A stretch of 64,000 bases of DNA from Thermodesulfovibrionales bacterium (lineage in GTDB: Bacteria > Nitrospirota > Thermodesulfovibrionia > Thermodesulfovibrionales > SM23-35), in NCBI GenBank assembly GCA_041658585.1, contig JBAZZX010000008.1, forward strand, positions 15,365 to 79,364. The letters run 5' to 3'. Made by a program: the position numbers and the translations under genes. Shown piece after piece: positions 47,309 through 57,660 of this stretch; position 1 is the first letter of the stretch; every line of letters begins with the position of its first letter. Below the pieces are notes generated by a model. The model did no database searches, was not told the DNA's origin, and saw only the letters and a list, made by a program, of their open reading frames with translations.

Positions 47309-47331
47309 TAAGACTTGTTTATTGTCATTTT
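47309..47331 (+). repeat. dispersed 26-bp motif, copy 3 (degenerate; CTAAGACTTGTTTATTGTCATTT)
   Basis: The 14-nt core is identical to 44412-44425 and in the same orientation. The leading GGGGTC is missing. Confidence 0.5.
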
Positions 47332-47491
47332 ATGACTTTTTAGGAGTATGAATTTCGTACGCTTTTCTAATGCAGATTAAGCACAGAGAACGAAGATATC
47401 TTCCTTTATTGATTTTTAAAAGAAATACGCTGAAATTCGGGATTCGGCATCCGCAGTTTTCGGGTTAAGAAATGGGATTGTTATTTACAAC

Positions 47492-47833
47492 TCAGCATGT
47501 CAGATGTAAGGCTGCTATGACTGTTTTGTTTTTTTGTAATTCGTTGAACAGCTCAACCGCTTTTCCGGTCCGCTCCACATAAACCATAATGCCCTTTGCT
47601 TCAAGATGTGAAATGGTTTCCTTCGATACTTTTATTACCCCGAAAAAACCCGTTCCGATTATCACTACTGCGGGCTCGGCCCTGAGAACACCCGTCAGAT
47701 CTTCAATCTGCAGATTATGCCCCTCTTTTCTCCACCAGGAAGCATCTACCCTTTCCGTATAGATGATCACGTCAGAGGTATAGGTTTTACCGTCAATCGT
47801 TATTTTGCCAAAGGTGTAATGTTCGATCTTCAT
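47492..47833 (-). CDS. Mth938-like (DUF498) domain protein
   Basis: 113 aa. …FGKITIDGKTYTSDVIIY…AEPAVVIIGTGFFG…LEAKGIMVYVERTGKAVELFNEL… is typical of the family. Confidence 0.7.
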   Translation of the reverse strand: MKIEHYTFGKITIDGKTYTSDVIIYTERVDASWWRKEGHNLQIEDLTGVLRAEPAVVIIGTGFFGVIKVSKETISHLEAKGIMVYVERTGKAVELFNELQKNKTVIAALHLTC

Positions 47834-47882
47834 TCCCCTTATTACCCCTTAAATATGATATTATAAATAACTGTACCACAAC

Positions 47883-47980
47883 GGGAGTGTATAGGGTTCC
47901 GGTGTCCCTCTTGGACTTCAAATCCAATGTTGCCTGTTACAAACGGGCAGGGTGGGTTCGATTCCCACACACTCCCGCCA
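47883..47980 (+). tRNA. selC: tRNA-Sec (UCA), selenocysteine tRNA
   Basis: 98 nt. It has an 8-bp acceptor stem GGGAGTGT/ACACTCCC, anticodon stem TTGGA/TCCAA with loop CTTCAAA (anticodon TCA), a long variable arm TGTTGCCTGTTACAAACGGGCAGG, T-arm GTGGG-TTCGATT-CCCAC and an encoded GCCA end. Confidence 0.9.
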
Positions 47981-48042
47981 TTCATTTCCGTAGTTTGCGC
48001 GTTGAGAAATCAATTATCCAATTTATAGAGAGGTAATAAATC

Positions 48043-49527
48043 ATGCTTGATGAGAATATCGAAAATAAGCCCCCGGATACTGAAAATACGGATTTAAAGG
48101 GAGAGCAGGAAGAAAACTTCGCTGCAATGCTCGACCAATACTGTATGGGTAAAAGACTTTATCCCGGGCAGAAGGTCAGAGCAAAGGTCGTAAGTGTATC
48201 GGGGGGCCGTGTGTATATCAATCTCGGGGGGAAAAGTGAAGGGGCCGTGGATCTGACCGAATTCACCGATAAAGAGGGAGTAGCCGGTGTTCGGGAAGGT
48301 GATGAGATAGAGGCATTTTTTGTGACCGTCGAGGACGGGTTAATGAAACTGACAACCATGATAGGCGGATACTCGGCCTTAACATTGAACTCTATCAGTG
48401 ACGCATACGAGGCCGGGGCGCCGGTGAACGGCGAGGTAAAACAGGAGATCAAGGGAGGCTTTGAGGTATCGGTAGGCGGGGTGAGATGTTTCTGTCCTTT
48501 TTCCCAGATCGACATGAAGGGCCAACACGAAGGCGACGGATATCCCGGCCGCACATTCCCCTTTAAGATATTGGAATACGGAGAAGATGGGAAAAAAATA
48601 GTCCTCTCCAGAAGAGCGCTCCTCGAACAGGAGAAAGAAGCAAAGGTCGAGAAGCTTAAGGAGAGCCTTGCAGTAGGAATGGATGTCACTGTCGAAGTAA
48701 AATCCATACGGAATTTCGGGGTTTTTGTGGACCTGGGAGGCATTGACGGTCTAATTCCCATGAGCGAAGTGTCATGGGACAGGAATGTAACCCCTGTTGA
48801 TATGCTGTCCATCGGGCAGAACATAACCGCAAAGATCATCTCTTTAGACTGGGAGAACAACCGTCTCGCGTTGAGTTTGAAGGCAATGCAGCCGGACCCC
48901 TGGGCTTCAGCCGCTGAAAAATATTCGGTAGACGCAAGGGTAAGCGGTTCCATTGTCCGTCTCGCCCCCTTCGGCGCTTTTGTGAGGCTTGAACCGGGGG
49001 TTGACGGTCTGGTCCATATCTCTAATCTCGGCGCAGGCAGGCGGATTAACCATCCGAGGGAAGTTGTCGAGGCAGGACAATTGGTAGAGGTCTATGTTCT
49101 TTCAGTGGACCAACAGAACAGGAAGCTCTCTCTCTCGATGCAGCCCAAGGTTGAGCCTGTAGAGATTGTCCTTCCCGCTGTGGGAGAAATCCTCGAAGGC
49201 ACCGTTGAGAAGGTAATGCCCTACGGGATTTTTCTGAAGATAAATAACGGTATAACGGGACTGATTCCCAACCCTGAAATGGGAACGCCTGCAGGCACGG
49301 ACCACAAACGCATGTTCCCTCCCGGCACAAAGATGCAGGTTGCCGTGATCGATGTGGATACTGCAAACAATAAAGTCGGCCTCAGCCGCAAAAACATTAT
49401 AGAAAAGGCGGCGCAGGATGAGTTCAACCAATATAGGGAATCCGTAAAAAACTCCGCTGAAGCCTCGGTTAGCCTCGGTAGTCTTGGAGACATACTCAAG
49501 GCCAAACTGGAAGAGAAGAAAAGTTAG
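48043..49527 (+). CDS. rpsA: multi-S1-domain RNA-binding protein (ribosomal protein S1-like)
   Basis: 494 aa with five or six S1/OB repeats (…G..V.G.V……G.FV.L…..GL.H.S…). It is shorter than E. coli S1 and has an acidic N-terminus. Confidence 0.7.
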   Translation: MLDENIENKPPDTENTDLKGEQEENFAAMLDQYCMGKRLYPGQKVRAKVVSVSGGRVYINLGGKSEGAVDLTEFTDKEGVAGVREGDEIEAFFVTVEDGLMKLTTMIGGYSALTLNSISDAYEAGAPVNGEVKQEIKGGFEVSVGGVRCFCPFSQIDMKGQHEGDGYPGRTFPFKILEYGEDGKKIVLSRRALLEQEKEAKVEKLKESLAVGMDVTVEVKSIRNFGVFVDLGGIDGLIPMSEVSWDRNVTPVDMLSIGQNITAKIISLDWENNRLALSLKAMQPDPWASAAEKYSVDARVSGSIVRLAPFGAFVRLEPGVDGLVHISNLGAGRRINHPREVVEAGQLVEVYVLSVDQQNRKLSLSMQPKVEPVEIVLPAVGEILEGTVEKVMPYGIFLKINNGITGLIPNPEMGTPAGTDHKRMFPPGTKMQVAVIDVDTANNKVGLSRKNIIEKAAQDEFNQYRESVKNSAEASVSLGSLGDILKAKLEEKKS

Positions 49528-49585
49528 GGTTAACCTTTCGCCGGATTGTGGAATTTGACAGCTTTACCGTATTTGTGTTTTAATA

Positions 49586-49697
49586 AATTCACCTTTAAAG
49601 ACGGCCCTGTGAGGCTGAAAAGGTAAAGGAGGCAGCGTGAGCTGCAAGGGTTAACAAAAAGATATGCCTTCCGCTCAATCGAGGGGAAGGCTTTTTT
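49586..49697 (+). promoter_or_regulatory. PyrR-binding attenuator (binding hairpin plus intrinsic terminator) upstream of pyrR
   Basis: CUUUAAAGACGGCCCUGUGAGGCUGAAAAGG resembles the PyrR binding loop consensus (…GUCCAGAGAGGCU.G.AAGG). It is followed by terminator GCCTTCC-N12-GGAAGGC-TTTTTT at 49666-49697. Confidence 0.6.
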
Positions 49698-49732
49698 ATG
49701 CCTGTTTATTGTCCCCATGGAGTTGTAATAGT

Positions 49733-50293
49733 ATGCCTAAAGAATTAATGAACAAAAAAGACATCGACAGGGCCATAACAAGGATGGCCCATGAAATCCT
49801 TGAAAAAAACAAGGGCATGGAAAAACTATGTCTTGTCGGGATACAGCGGGGCGGGGTTTTTTTGGCGCAAAGGCTTGCAGCAAAAATAAAACAGATCGAA
49901 AAGAAGGACATACCGGTCGGTTCGCTCGATATAGCTTTTTATCGTGACGATCTCAATATACGAAAAGAGCAGCCTATGGTCAGGAGGACCGAGATTGCCT
50001 TTGAGGTGACGGATTTAAAGATAGTTCTCGTTGATGACGTCCTCTTTACCGGCAGGTCTATAAGGGCTGCGATGGATGCATTGATGGACATAGGCAGACC
50101 GTCGCTGATTCAGCTTGCCGTGCTGGTAGACAGAGGCCACAGGGAATTGCCTGTTAAGGCTGATTATGTCGGCAAAAATATCCCTACTTCAACAAGTGAA
50201 ACCGTTGTTGTACAGTTTGAAGAAGAAGGTTTGGAAGACAGGGTCATGCTTGAGAAACCGGACGCCGGAGAAGTAAAGAGTGCTGAACAGTAA
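49733..50293 (+). CDS. pyrR: bifunctional pyrimidine operon regulator / uracil phosphoribosyltransferase PyrR
   Basis: [22 protein letters not shown]… and the PRPP-binding loop [17 protein letters not shown] chose the ATG at 49733 because the track start at 49664 lies inside the terminator hairpin. Confidence 0.9.
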   Translation: MPKELMNKKDIDRAITRMAHEILEKNKGMEKLCLVGIQRGGVFLAQRLAAKIKQIEKKDIPVGSLDIAFYRDDLNIRKEQPMVRRTEIAFEVTDLKIVLVDDVLFTGRSIRAAMDALMDIGRPSLIQLAVLVDRGHRELPVKADYVGKNIPTSTSETVVVQFEEEGLEDRVMLEKPDAGEVKSAEQ

Positions 50294-51200
50294 AGACCTT
50301 TTAGGTATAAAGGAACTTTCAAAGGAAGAGATATACCTTTTCCTCGATACCGCAGCAGGTTTTAAGGATGTTATCGGAAGGGATATCAAGAAGGTCCCCG
50401 CCCTCCGGGGCAAGACGACCGTCAATCTCTTCTTTGAGCCGTCTACCAGGACAAGGACGTCCTTTGAGCTTGCTGCAAAAAGACTAAGCACGGATGTTAT
50501 TAATTTTTCGGTCCCGACAAGCAGTGTGATCAAGGGCGAAAGCCTGATTGACACGGCGCTCACTGTCCAGGCTCTTGGCGCTGACTTTATCATCATCAGG
50601 CATTCCTCATCCGGGGCGCCGCACCTCCTTGCAAAGAAAATGAAGGCGTCTGTTATCAATGCCGGTGACGGCACGAACGAGCATCCGACACAGGCGCTGC
50701 TTGACGCCTTTACGATAAAAGAAAAGAAGGGTAAAATCGAAGGTCTTGAGATAGCAGTCGTGGGAGATATTGCCCATAGCAGGGTTGCCAAGTCGAATAT
50801 ATATTGTTTGACAAAACTTGGCGCAAAGGTGAGATTGATCGGTCCTCCGACCCTGATACCGAAAGAGATAGAAGAACTCGGCGTCGGTATTTTTCATAAT
50901 ATGGAAGACGGCGTCAGGGGCGTGGATGTTCTGATGATGCTCAGGATTCAGATGGAAAGACAGGACAAGGGGTTCTTTCCGTCAACGGAAGAGTATTCCA
51001 AAAACTGGGGTCTGACAACAGACAGGCTTTCCCTCGCAAAAGACGATGCTATTGTGATGCACCCGGGGCCGATGAACCGTGGGATCGAGATCGTCTCTGA
51101 AATTGCGGACGGACCGAAGTCCGTAATCCTTGAGCAGGTTACAAACGGTATTGCCGTAAGAATGGCGGTCATGTATTTACTTGCAGGAGTCAAGAGATGA
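50280..51200 (+). CDS. pyrB: aspartate carbamoyltransferase catalytic subunit
   Basis: …[13 protein letters not shown]…, …HPTQALLD…, …HPGP… motifs. GTG start overlapping the pyrR end. Confidence 0.95.
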   Translation: MLNSKDLLGIKELSKEEIYLFLDTAAGFKDVIGRDIKKVPALRGKTTVNLFFEPSTRTRTSFELAAKRLSTDVINFSVPTSSVIKGESLIDTALTVQALGADFIIIRHSSSGAPHLLAKKMKASVINAGDGTNEHPTQALLDAFTIKEKKGKIEGLEIAVVGDIAHSRVAKSNIYCLTKLGAKVRLIGPPTLIPKEIEELGVGIFHNMEDGVRGVDVLMMLRIQMERQDKGFFPSTEEYSKNWGLTTDRLSLAKDDAIVMHPGPMNRGIEIVSEIADGPKSVILEQVTNGIAVRMAVMYLLAGVKR

Positions 51201-52501
51201 ATATCGTAATAAGGAATGGACATATTATTGACCCGTCACAGGGGATTGACGGAGTTGGGGACATATATATAGAAAGCGGAAAGATAAAAGAAATAAACAT
51301 AAAGAGCATGGAGCATGGAGCTCGGAGCACGGGGCAAAAACCGCAATCATCCGACGTCCGGATTATTGACGCAAGCGGGCTTCTGATTGTCCCCGGCCTT
51401 ATCGATATGCATGTGCATCTGAGAGAGCCGGGGTTTGAATACAAGGAGACGATAAGAACCGGAACTCTCGCTGCAGTCAAAGGCGGTTTTACGACAGTCT
51501 GCTGTATGCCGAATACAAACCCCGTAAATGACCATGCAAGCGTTACCGAATTCATCATAAGAAAAGCGAAACAGGAAGGTCACTGCACCGTTCATCCTAT
51601 CGGCGCAATAACCAAAGGCCAGAAAGGCGAAGAGCTTGCGGAGATAGGGACGATGAAGAATGAGGGCTGTATTGCCTTCTCCGATGACGGCCAGCCTGTG
51701 ATGAACAGCGCCATGATGCGCAGGGCGCTTGAGTATTCAAAGGCTTTCAAAGTGCCGGTCATCTCGCACAGTGAAGATCTTACCCTTTCAGACGGCGGAG
51801 TAATGAACGAAGGACTGACGTCCGTAACTCTCGGACTAAAAGGAATCCCGGCAGAGGCTGAACAGATAATGATTTTCAGGGATATCCTGCTGGCAGAGCT
51901 TACAGGCGGAAGATTGCATATAGCCCATGTATCAACTGCCGGTTCGGTACATCTTATCAGAGAGGCCAAACAAAGGGGGATAAACGTCACTGCTGAAACG
52001 TGTCCTCATTATTTCAGTATCACTGAGGACGCCGTTAAAGGATATAACACAAACGCAAAGGTCAACCCCCCTTTAAGAACAAGCCGTGATTTGGAAGCTA
52101 TAAAGGATGGGTTGAGGGACGGCGCTATCGACGCTATAGCAACCGACCATGCGCCTCATCATGTTGATGAAAAACTGCAACCCTTTGACATGGCCCCTTT
52201 CGGGATATCGGGACTTGAAACCGCGCTGAGTCTGAGCCTGCAGCTTGTAAGGGAAGGTGTTCTGACAAGAAAAGAACTCGTTGGAAAGATGACCCTGAAT
52301 CCTGCAAAGATACTCGGTCTTGATAAAGGCTTTCTAAAGCCCGGTTCCGAGGCGGAGTTGGTCGTGATAGACGAGAACAAAGAATTTGAGGTTAAGTCCG
52401 AACGATTTGTATCAAAAGGTAAAAACACGCCTTTTGAAGGAAGGATATTAAAAGGAATGCCTGTATTCACGTTTTGCAAAGGAAAACTCTATGAGCTGTA
52501 A
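51197..52501 (+). CDS. pyrC: dihydroorotase
   Basis: …[14 protein letters not shown]… metal-binding motif, …DHAPH… motif. ATGA overlap with pyrB. Confidence 0.93.
   Translation: MNIVIRNGHIIDPSQGIDGVGDIYIESGKIKEINIKSMEHGARSTGQKPQSSDVRIIDASGLLIVPGLIDMHVHLREPGFEYKETIRTGTLAAVKGGFTTVCCMPNTNPVNDHASVTEFIIRKAKQEGHCTVHPIGAITKGQKGEELAEIGTMKNEGCIAFSDDGQPVMNSAMMRRALEYSKAFKVPVISHSEDLTLSDGGVMNEGLTSVTLGLKGIPAEAEQIMIFRDILLAELTGGRLHIAHVSTAGSVHLIREAKQRGINVTAETCPHYFSITEDAVKGYNTNAKVNPPLRTSRDLEAIKDGLRDGAIDAIATDHAPHHVDEKLQPFDMAPFGISGLETALSLSLQLVREGVLTRKELVGKMTLNPAKILGLDKGFLKPGSEAELVVIDENKEFEVKSERFVSKGKNTPFEGRILKGMPVFTFCKGKLYEL
51304..51338 (+). repeat. five phased heptamers inside pyrC (GAGCATG GAGCATG GAGCTCG GAGCACG GGGCAAA)
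   Basis: Read directly from the sequence. It encodes …[12 protein letters not shown]… in the loop between the N-terminal beta-strands, where dihydroorotases are normally about 10 residues shorter. Confidence 0.8.
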
Positions 52502-53693
52502 GGCGCTGCTGGTCCTTTCCGACGGCATTGTTTTTGAAGGAAAGAGTTTCGGCGCAAGCGGAGAGACGCTTGGCGAGGTTGTCTTCAACACCTCGATGAC
52601 AGGGTATCAGGAGATACTTACCGATCCTTCATACAGGGGTCAGATCGTTACCATGACCTATCCGCAGATGGGCAACTACGGTGTGAATGAAGAGGATATT
52701 GAATCTCTGAACGGCCCAAAGGTCGAGGGTTTTATTGTAAGGGAATATATCGATTTCCCGAGCAACTGGAGGACTAAAAAGTGCGGAGCGCAAAGCGCCG
52801 GGCGCGGAGTCATACACTCGTTAGGAGATTATTTGAAGGCTTATGGGATAGTCGGCATAGAACATATAGACACTCGCGCATTGACAAGGCATCTGAGAAA
52901 CCACGGCGCCCGGATGGGTATAATTTCTACCGTTGATCCTGATCCTGAAAGCCTTTTGAAAAAGGTGAAAAAACATCCCGGCATATCGGCCTTTGATTTA
53001 GTCAGGGATGTTACGGCGAAAGAGATATATAAATGGCAAGACGGAGTATGGAAGTGGAAACGGGAAGAAAAAGAAGCTGAAAAGGAATCCTCCGCCCTAC
53101 GCCCTACGCCCTCTGCATTTAAACGGGTGGTTGTTTACGACTTCGGAGTCAAATTCAACATCCTCCGTAATCTTGTTGACGCGGGGTTTGACGTTACGGT
53201 TGTGCCTGCGCAGACCCCTGCGGAAGCAGTGCTTGAAATGGACCCTGATGGGGTTATCCTCAGTAACGGCCCGGGAGACCCTGAGACAGTCACTTATGCA
53301 ATCGGGAATGCAAAAAAAATAATTGGCAAAAAGCCCGTCTTCGGGATCTGCCTGGGACATCAGATACTCGGTCTTGCAATGGGCGGCAGGACATATAAAC
53401 TGAAATTCGGCCATCACGGCGGCAACCATCCTGTCAAAGCTTTAGTTACCGGCAGGGTTGAGATAACATCTCAGAACCATAACTACTGCGTTGATATCAA
53501 CAGTCTTCGCGGCCGGGTCAGGCTTACCCATAAAAACCTCTACGACGGGACTGAAGAAGGCATGGAGCATGTGGAATTGCCGGTATTTTCCGTCCAGCAC
53601 CATCCGGAAGCAGGCCCGGGACCGAACGACGCCGCGCATATTTTTAAAAGATTCAGAGATTTGATAGAGGGAGTTTGTGCCGAAAAGAACTGA
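52491..53693 (+). CDS. carA: carbamoyl-phosphate synthase small (glutaminase) subunit
   Basis: …[17 protein letters not shown]…, catalytic GICLGHQ and …QHHPE…. Confidence 0.95.
   Translation: MSCKALLVLSDGIVFEGKSFGASGETLGEVVFNTSMTGYQEILTDPSYRGQIVTMTYPQMGNYGVNEEDIESLNGPKVEGFIVREYIDFPSNWRTKKCGAQSAGRGVIHSLGDYLKAYGIVGIEHIDTRALTRHLRNHGARMGIISTVDPDPESLLKKVKKHPGISAFDLVRDVTAKEIYKWQDGVWKWKREEKEAEKESSALRPTPSAFKRVVVYDFGVKFNILRNLVDAGFDVTVVPAQTPAEAVLEMDPDGVILSNGPGDPETVTYAIGNAKKIIGKKPVFGICLGHQILGLAMGGRTYKLKFGHHGGNHPVKALVTGRVEITSQNHNYCVDINSLRGRVRLTHKNLYDGTEEGMEHVELPVFSVQHHPEAGPGPNDAAHIFKRFRDLIEGVCAEKN
52784..52811 (+). repeat. four phased heptamers inside carA (CGGAGCG CAAAGCG CCGGGCG CGGAGTC)
   Basis: Encodes …[11 protein letters not shown]… between SNWR and SLGDYLK. 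E. coli CarA reads SNFRNTEDLSSYLK here, about 10 residues shorter. Confidence 0.7.
53093..53113 (+). repeat. three phased heptamers inside carA (CGCCCTA CGCCCTA CGCCCTC)
   Basis: 21 nt, exactly 7 codons (ALRPTPS), in the inter-domain linker. The linker is about 7 residues longer than in E. coli CarA. Confidence 0.8.
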
Positions 53694-56600
53694 TATTAAA
53701 AAGATACTCCTCATAGGCTCCGGCCCTATCATAATCGGCCAGGCATGTGAGTTCGACTATTCCGGCACGCAGGCCTGCAAGGCTTTAAGGGAAGAGGGAT
53801 ATAAGGTCGTCCTGGTCAATTCCAATCCTGCAACCATTATGACGGACCCTGAGACTGCCGATGTAACATACATCGAGCCGTTAACTGCCGACATCCTTGA
53901 AATGATAATAAAGAAAGAAAGACCGGATGCCATCCTCCCTACAATGGGCGGCCAGACCGCACTGAACCTCGCTGTCGAACTTGCCGAAAAAGGCATACTT
54001 GATAAATATAAGGTTGAACTCATCGGAGCAAAGCTTGACGCTATCAGGAAGGCTGAAGACAGAGAGCTTTTTAAAGAGGCCATGAAAAAGATCGGGCTTG
54101 ATGTCCCGGTATCCGCACATATCGGGTCTATGAAAGACGGGCTTGAAGCGGTCGAATATATAGGTTTCCCGGCTATCCTCAGACCTTCTTTTACCCTGGG
54201 AGGGACCGGAGGCGGCATTGCGTACAACATAGAGGAGTATCAGGTATTGCTTGAGCGGGGGTTAAAGCTCAGTCCCGTCGGGCAGGTGCTGGTGGAAGAG
54301 TCCGCCCTTGGCTGGAAAGAGTATGAGCTTGAGGTCATGCGGGATGTGAAAGATAATGTCGTGATAATATGTTCAATAGAGAACTTTGATCCGATGGGGG
54401 TCCACACCGGCGATTCGATTACTGTTGCGCCCGCACAAACCCTCACCGATAAAGAATACCAGAGGATGCGCGATGCGTCTATCGCGATCATACGCGAGAT
54501 CGGGGTCGATACCGGCGGCTCGAACATCCAGTTCGCCCTGAATCGGGATAACGGCAAAATGATAGTTATAGAGATGAACCCAAGGGTCTCACGAAGCTCG
54601 GCCCTTGCATCAAAAGCGACCGGTTTCCCCATAGCAAAGATCGCGGCAAAGCTTGCAGTAGGGCTGACCCTCGAGGAGATCCCGAATGACATAACAAGAG
54701 AAACCCCTGCGTCCTTTGAACCGACGATAGATTACGTAGTTACAAAGTTTCCCCGGTTTGCCTTTGAAAAATTCCCGGAAGCTGACCCAACCCTTACAAC
54801 TCAGATGAAATCCGTTGGCGAGGTTATGGCAATCGGGAGGACGTTTAAAGAATCCCTGCAAAAGGCGATAAGAAGCCTCGAGATCGGAACACGCGGTTTT
54901 GAAGACGTCCAGGCTGATATGAACGTCATCAAATCTAAACTCAAAACTCCTAACGCTGAAAGAGTCTGGTACATTGCACAGGCAGTGCGGGAGGGAATGA
55001 GCATTCAGGAAATCCATGAGCTCACATGGATCGACCCGTGGTTTCTGGAGAATATAAAACAGATTATAGAAATGGAAGGGCGAATTTCTGCAGAAGCCCC
55101 GAAGCTCGGAAGTTCGGACCCTGAACTGATCTTCCCGCCTTCTCATCTTCATAACTTCTTGCCTTTGCTGAAGGAGGCCAAACAGCTCGGGTTCTCCGAC
55201 AGGAGGATTGCCCAGCTTCTCAATCTGCAAGAAGCCGATATAAGGCATTTAAGAAAGCGGAACAGCATAAAAGCTGTTTACAAGATGGTCGATACCTGTG
55301 CCGCAGAGTTTGCCGCTTACACCCCTTATCTGTATTCGACTTATGAAATACCATTTTACACAATTCATCCTTCATCCCTCACACTTAATCCTTTGGTCGA
55401 GTGTGAAGCCAACCCCTCGGACAGGAAAAAGGTCATTATACTCGGCTCGGGTCCGAACAGGATCGGCCAGGGCATTGAATTCGACTATTGCTGCGTCCAT
55501 GCAGTGTTTGCATTGAAAGAACTCGGTTATGAAACGATTATGGTCAACTGCAATCCCGAGACGGTCAGCACCGACTATGACACTGCCGACAGATTATATT
55601 TTGAACCCTTAACTATAGAAGATGTTTTGAACATTATAGACGCCGAAAAACCGGAAGGAGTTATTGTTCAGTTCGGAGGACAGACTCCGTTGAAACTTGC
55701 AGTGCCTCTTGAAAGGGAAGGTGTTAAAATCCTCGGCACTTCGCCTGATTCTATTGACAGGGCGGAGGACAGGAGACGCTTTAAAGAACTCCTTCATAAA
55801 CTCAACCTGAAACAGGCCGACAGCGATACGGCGATGTCGGTTGACGAGGCTTTATCCGCTGCCGGAAGGATCGGGTATCCTGTTATGGTAAGGCCGTCAT
55901 ATGTGCTCGGCGGCAGAGCGATGGAGATCGTCTATGACGAGAATTCACTCAGTGAATATATGAAGAGGGCCGTCAAGGCATCTCCGGAGCATCCCGTGCT
56001 CGTGGACAAATATCTTGAAGACGCCATAGAAGTAGACGTAGATGCTATCTCGGACGGCAAAGACGTAATCATCGGCGGCGTTATGGAACATATAGAGGAG
56101 GCGGGCATCCACTCGGGCGATTCAGCCTGTTCCCTTCCCCCGCACTCTCTGCCTAAAGAAATCGTCAGAGAGATAAAACGCCAGACAAAGGCCCTTGCCA
56201 GGGAACTAAATGTCATAGGTCTTATGAACGTTCAGTTCGCCGTCAAGAATCAGGACATTTATATCCTTGAAGTCAATCCAAGGGGATCAAGGACAATCCC
56301 CTTTGTCGGAAAGGCAACCGGCGTTCCATTGGCAAAGCTTGCCGCCAAGGTTATAGTCGGCAGGACATTAAAGGAATTAGGGGTTACGAAAGATAAAAAT
56401 ATCAAACATATTGCAGTGAAAGAAGCCGTTTTCCCGTTTGACAGGTTCCACGGAGTCGATTCCATCCTCGGCCCTGAGATGAAATCTACCGGCGAGGTAA
56501 TGGGTATAGACAAGGATTTCGGCATTGCCTTTGGAAAATCCCAGATATCCTGCGGCAACAGGATCCCTTTGGAAGGCAGGATATTTATCAGTCTGAAAGA

Positions 56601-56982
56601 TAAGGACAAGCCTGCTTCCGTTCCGATAGTGAAAAAAATGCTTGAACTCGGCATTTCGGTCATCGCAACCAAAGGAACTGCCAAATATCTGAAAGACCGC
56701 AGTCTTGATGTAGAGGTTGTGAATAAGGTTGCAGAGGGCAGGCCCCACATTGTAGATAAGATCAAGAACAAGGAGATACACTTCGTCATAAACACCGTAA
56801 GCGGCGCGCAGGCACAGAAAGACTCGTTTTCGATAAGACAGAGCGCCCTTCAGTACAGGGTGCCGTTTACGACAACCATATCGGGCGCAACCGCGGCAGT
56901 AAACGCCATAGAGATGCTGAAAAAGAAACGGATGGACATAAAGTCGCTTCAGGAGTATCACGGAATTAAACCGAAAGAATAA
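53677..56982 (+). CDS. carB: carbamoyl-phosphate synthase large subunit
   Basis: 1101 aa with duplicated ATP-grasp halves (…[17 protein letters not shown]… and …[16 protein letters not shown]…) and a C-terminal MGS-like domain. Confidence 0.97.
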   Translation: MPKRTDIKKILLIGSGPIIIGQACEFDYSGTQACKALREEGYKVVLVNSNPATIMTDPETADVTYIEPLTADILEMIIKKERPDAILPTMGGQTALNLAVELAEKGILDKYKVELIGAKLDAIRKAEDRELFKEAMKKIGLDVPVSAHIGSMKDGLEAVEYIGFPAILRPSFTLGGTGGGIAYNIEEYQVLLERGLKLSPVGQVLVEESALGWKEYELEVMRDVKDNVVIICSIENFDPMGVHTGDSITVAPAQTLTDKEYQRMRDASIAIIREIGVDTGGSNIQFALNRDNGKMIVIEMNPRVSRSSALASKATGFPIAKIAAKLAVGLTLEEIPNDITRETPASFEPTIDYVVTKFPRFAFEKFPEADPTLTTQMKSVGEVMAIGRTFKESLQKAIRSLEIGTRGFEDVQADMNVIKSKLKTPNAERVWYIAQAVREGMSIQEIHELTWIDPWFLENIKQIIEMEGRISAEAPKLGSSDPELIFPPSHLHNFLPLLKEAKQLGFSDRRIAQLLNLQEADIRHLRKRNSIKAVYKMVDTCAAEFAAYTPYLYSTYEIPFYTIHPSSLTLNPLVECEANPSDRKKVIILGSGPNRIGQGIEFDYCCVHAVFALKELGYETIMVNCNPETVSTDYDTADRLYFEPLTIEDVLNIIDAEKPEGVIVQFGGQTPLKLAVPLEREGVKILGTSPDSIDRAEDRRRFKELLHKLNLKQADSDTAMSVDEALSAAGRIGYPVMVRPSYVLGGRAMEIVYDENSLSEYMKRAVKASPEHPVLVDKYLEDAIEVDVDAISDGKDVIIGGVMEHIEEAGIHSGDSACSLPPHSLPKEIVREIKRQTKALARELNVIGLMNVQFAVKNQDIYILEVNPRGSRTIPFVGKATGVPLAKLAAKVIVGRTLKELGVTKDKNIKHIAVKEAVFPFDRFHGVDSILGPEMKSTGEVMGIDKDFGIAFGKSQISCGNRIPLEGRIFISLKDKDKPASVPIVKKMLELGISVIATKGTAKYLKDRSLDVEVVNKVAEGRPHIVDKIKNKEIHFVINTVSGAQAQKDSFSIRQSALQYRVPFTTTISGATAAVNAIEMLKKKRMDIKSLQEYHGIKPKE
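55348..55398 (+). repeat. 51-nt in-frame insertion in carB with heptamer phasing (ATTCATC CTTCATC CCTCACA CTTAATC…)
   Basis: Here the protein reads [29 protein letters not shown]. coli CarB reads STYEEECEANPS with no insert. The 7-nt period is clearest at 55363-55397. Confidence 0.8.
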
Positions 56983-56990
56983 ACATAACA

Positions 56991-57557
56991 TTGAAAGAGA
57001 CCAAGCTCCGTTTAATAGAACCCGTAGAAAAAACCGGCCTTATTATCGTCCTGACCGGTGACGGCAAAGGGAAGACTACCGCTGCCTTAGGGACCGTCCT
57101 ACGGGCTGCCGGACACGACATGAAGGTCTGCATCATAGAGTTCATGAAGGGCGACATGTACTCCGGGGAGATTGACGGCGTCAGGAAACTTGCCCCGAAT
57201 GTGGAGTTCCATATTACAGGCAAGGGATTCTGCGGAATAAAGGGTGATCCCTATCCATTTAAAGAACATCGCGGGAATGCACAGGCAGCGATAAAACTTG
57301 CAAAGGAGAAGCTGCTTTCAGGAAAATTCGATATCCTGATCCTCGACGAAATCAACAATGCCGTTGATCTGAAACTCGTTGACCTCCGGCAGATTATGGA
57401 ATTAATAGACGTCAAGCCGCCGCTGATGCATTTAATCCTTACCGGAAGGAACGCCCATCCGGAAGTTGTTAAAAGGGCCCACACTGTTACGGAAATGAAA
57501 GAGATAAAACACGCCTTCCGGCAGGGAATTAAACCGCAAAAGGGGATAGATTATTAA
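56991..57557 (+). CDS. cobO: cob(I)yrinic acid a,c-diamide adenosyltransferase
   Basis: 188 aa with P-loop TGDGKGKTTAALG and …ILDEIN… TTG start as in the track. Confidence 0.85.
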   Translation: MKETKLRLIEPVEKTGLIIVLTGDGKGKTTAALGTVLRAAGHDMKVCIIEFMKGDMYSGEIDGVRKLAPNVEFHITGKGFCGIKGDPYPFKEHRGNAQAAIKLAKEKLLSGKFDILILDEINNAVDLKLVDLRQIMELIDVKPPLMHLILTGRNAHPEVVKRAHTVTEMKEIKHAFRQGIKPQKGIDY

Positions 57558-57660
57558 CGCGTTAAAATTGGTAACGGCAGGATTTTCTCCGGTTTTACAG
57601 TATGCTCCCCGTTGTCTCCGAATCCATTGCTATTTCACGGGTTTTTTTGGATAATGAATA

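Noticed and set aside
42800-47980. Idea that the accessory patch is a genomic island integrated at selC, as in enterobacterial pathogenicity islands
   Set aside because: The patch lies on the 5' side of the tRNA, separated from it by a conserved-looking Mth938-family gene. There is no integrase and no direct repeat of the tRNA 3' end.
49664-49732. Upstream start codon for pyrR given by the track
   Set aside because: The ATG at 49664 lies inside the terminator stem of the attenuator. The conserved PyrR sequence begins at the ATG at 49733.
57558-57660. Possible terminator after cobO (CCCGT…ACGGG followed by a T-run)
   Set aside because: The stem is only 5 bp and the loop about 27 nt, which is too weak to report.
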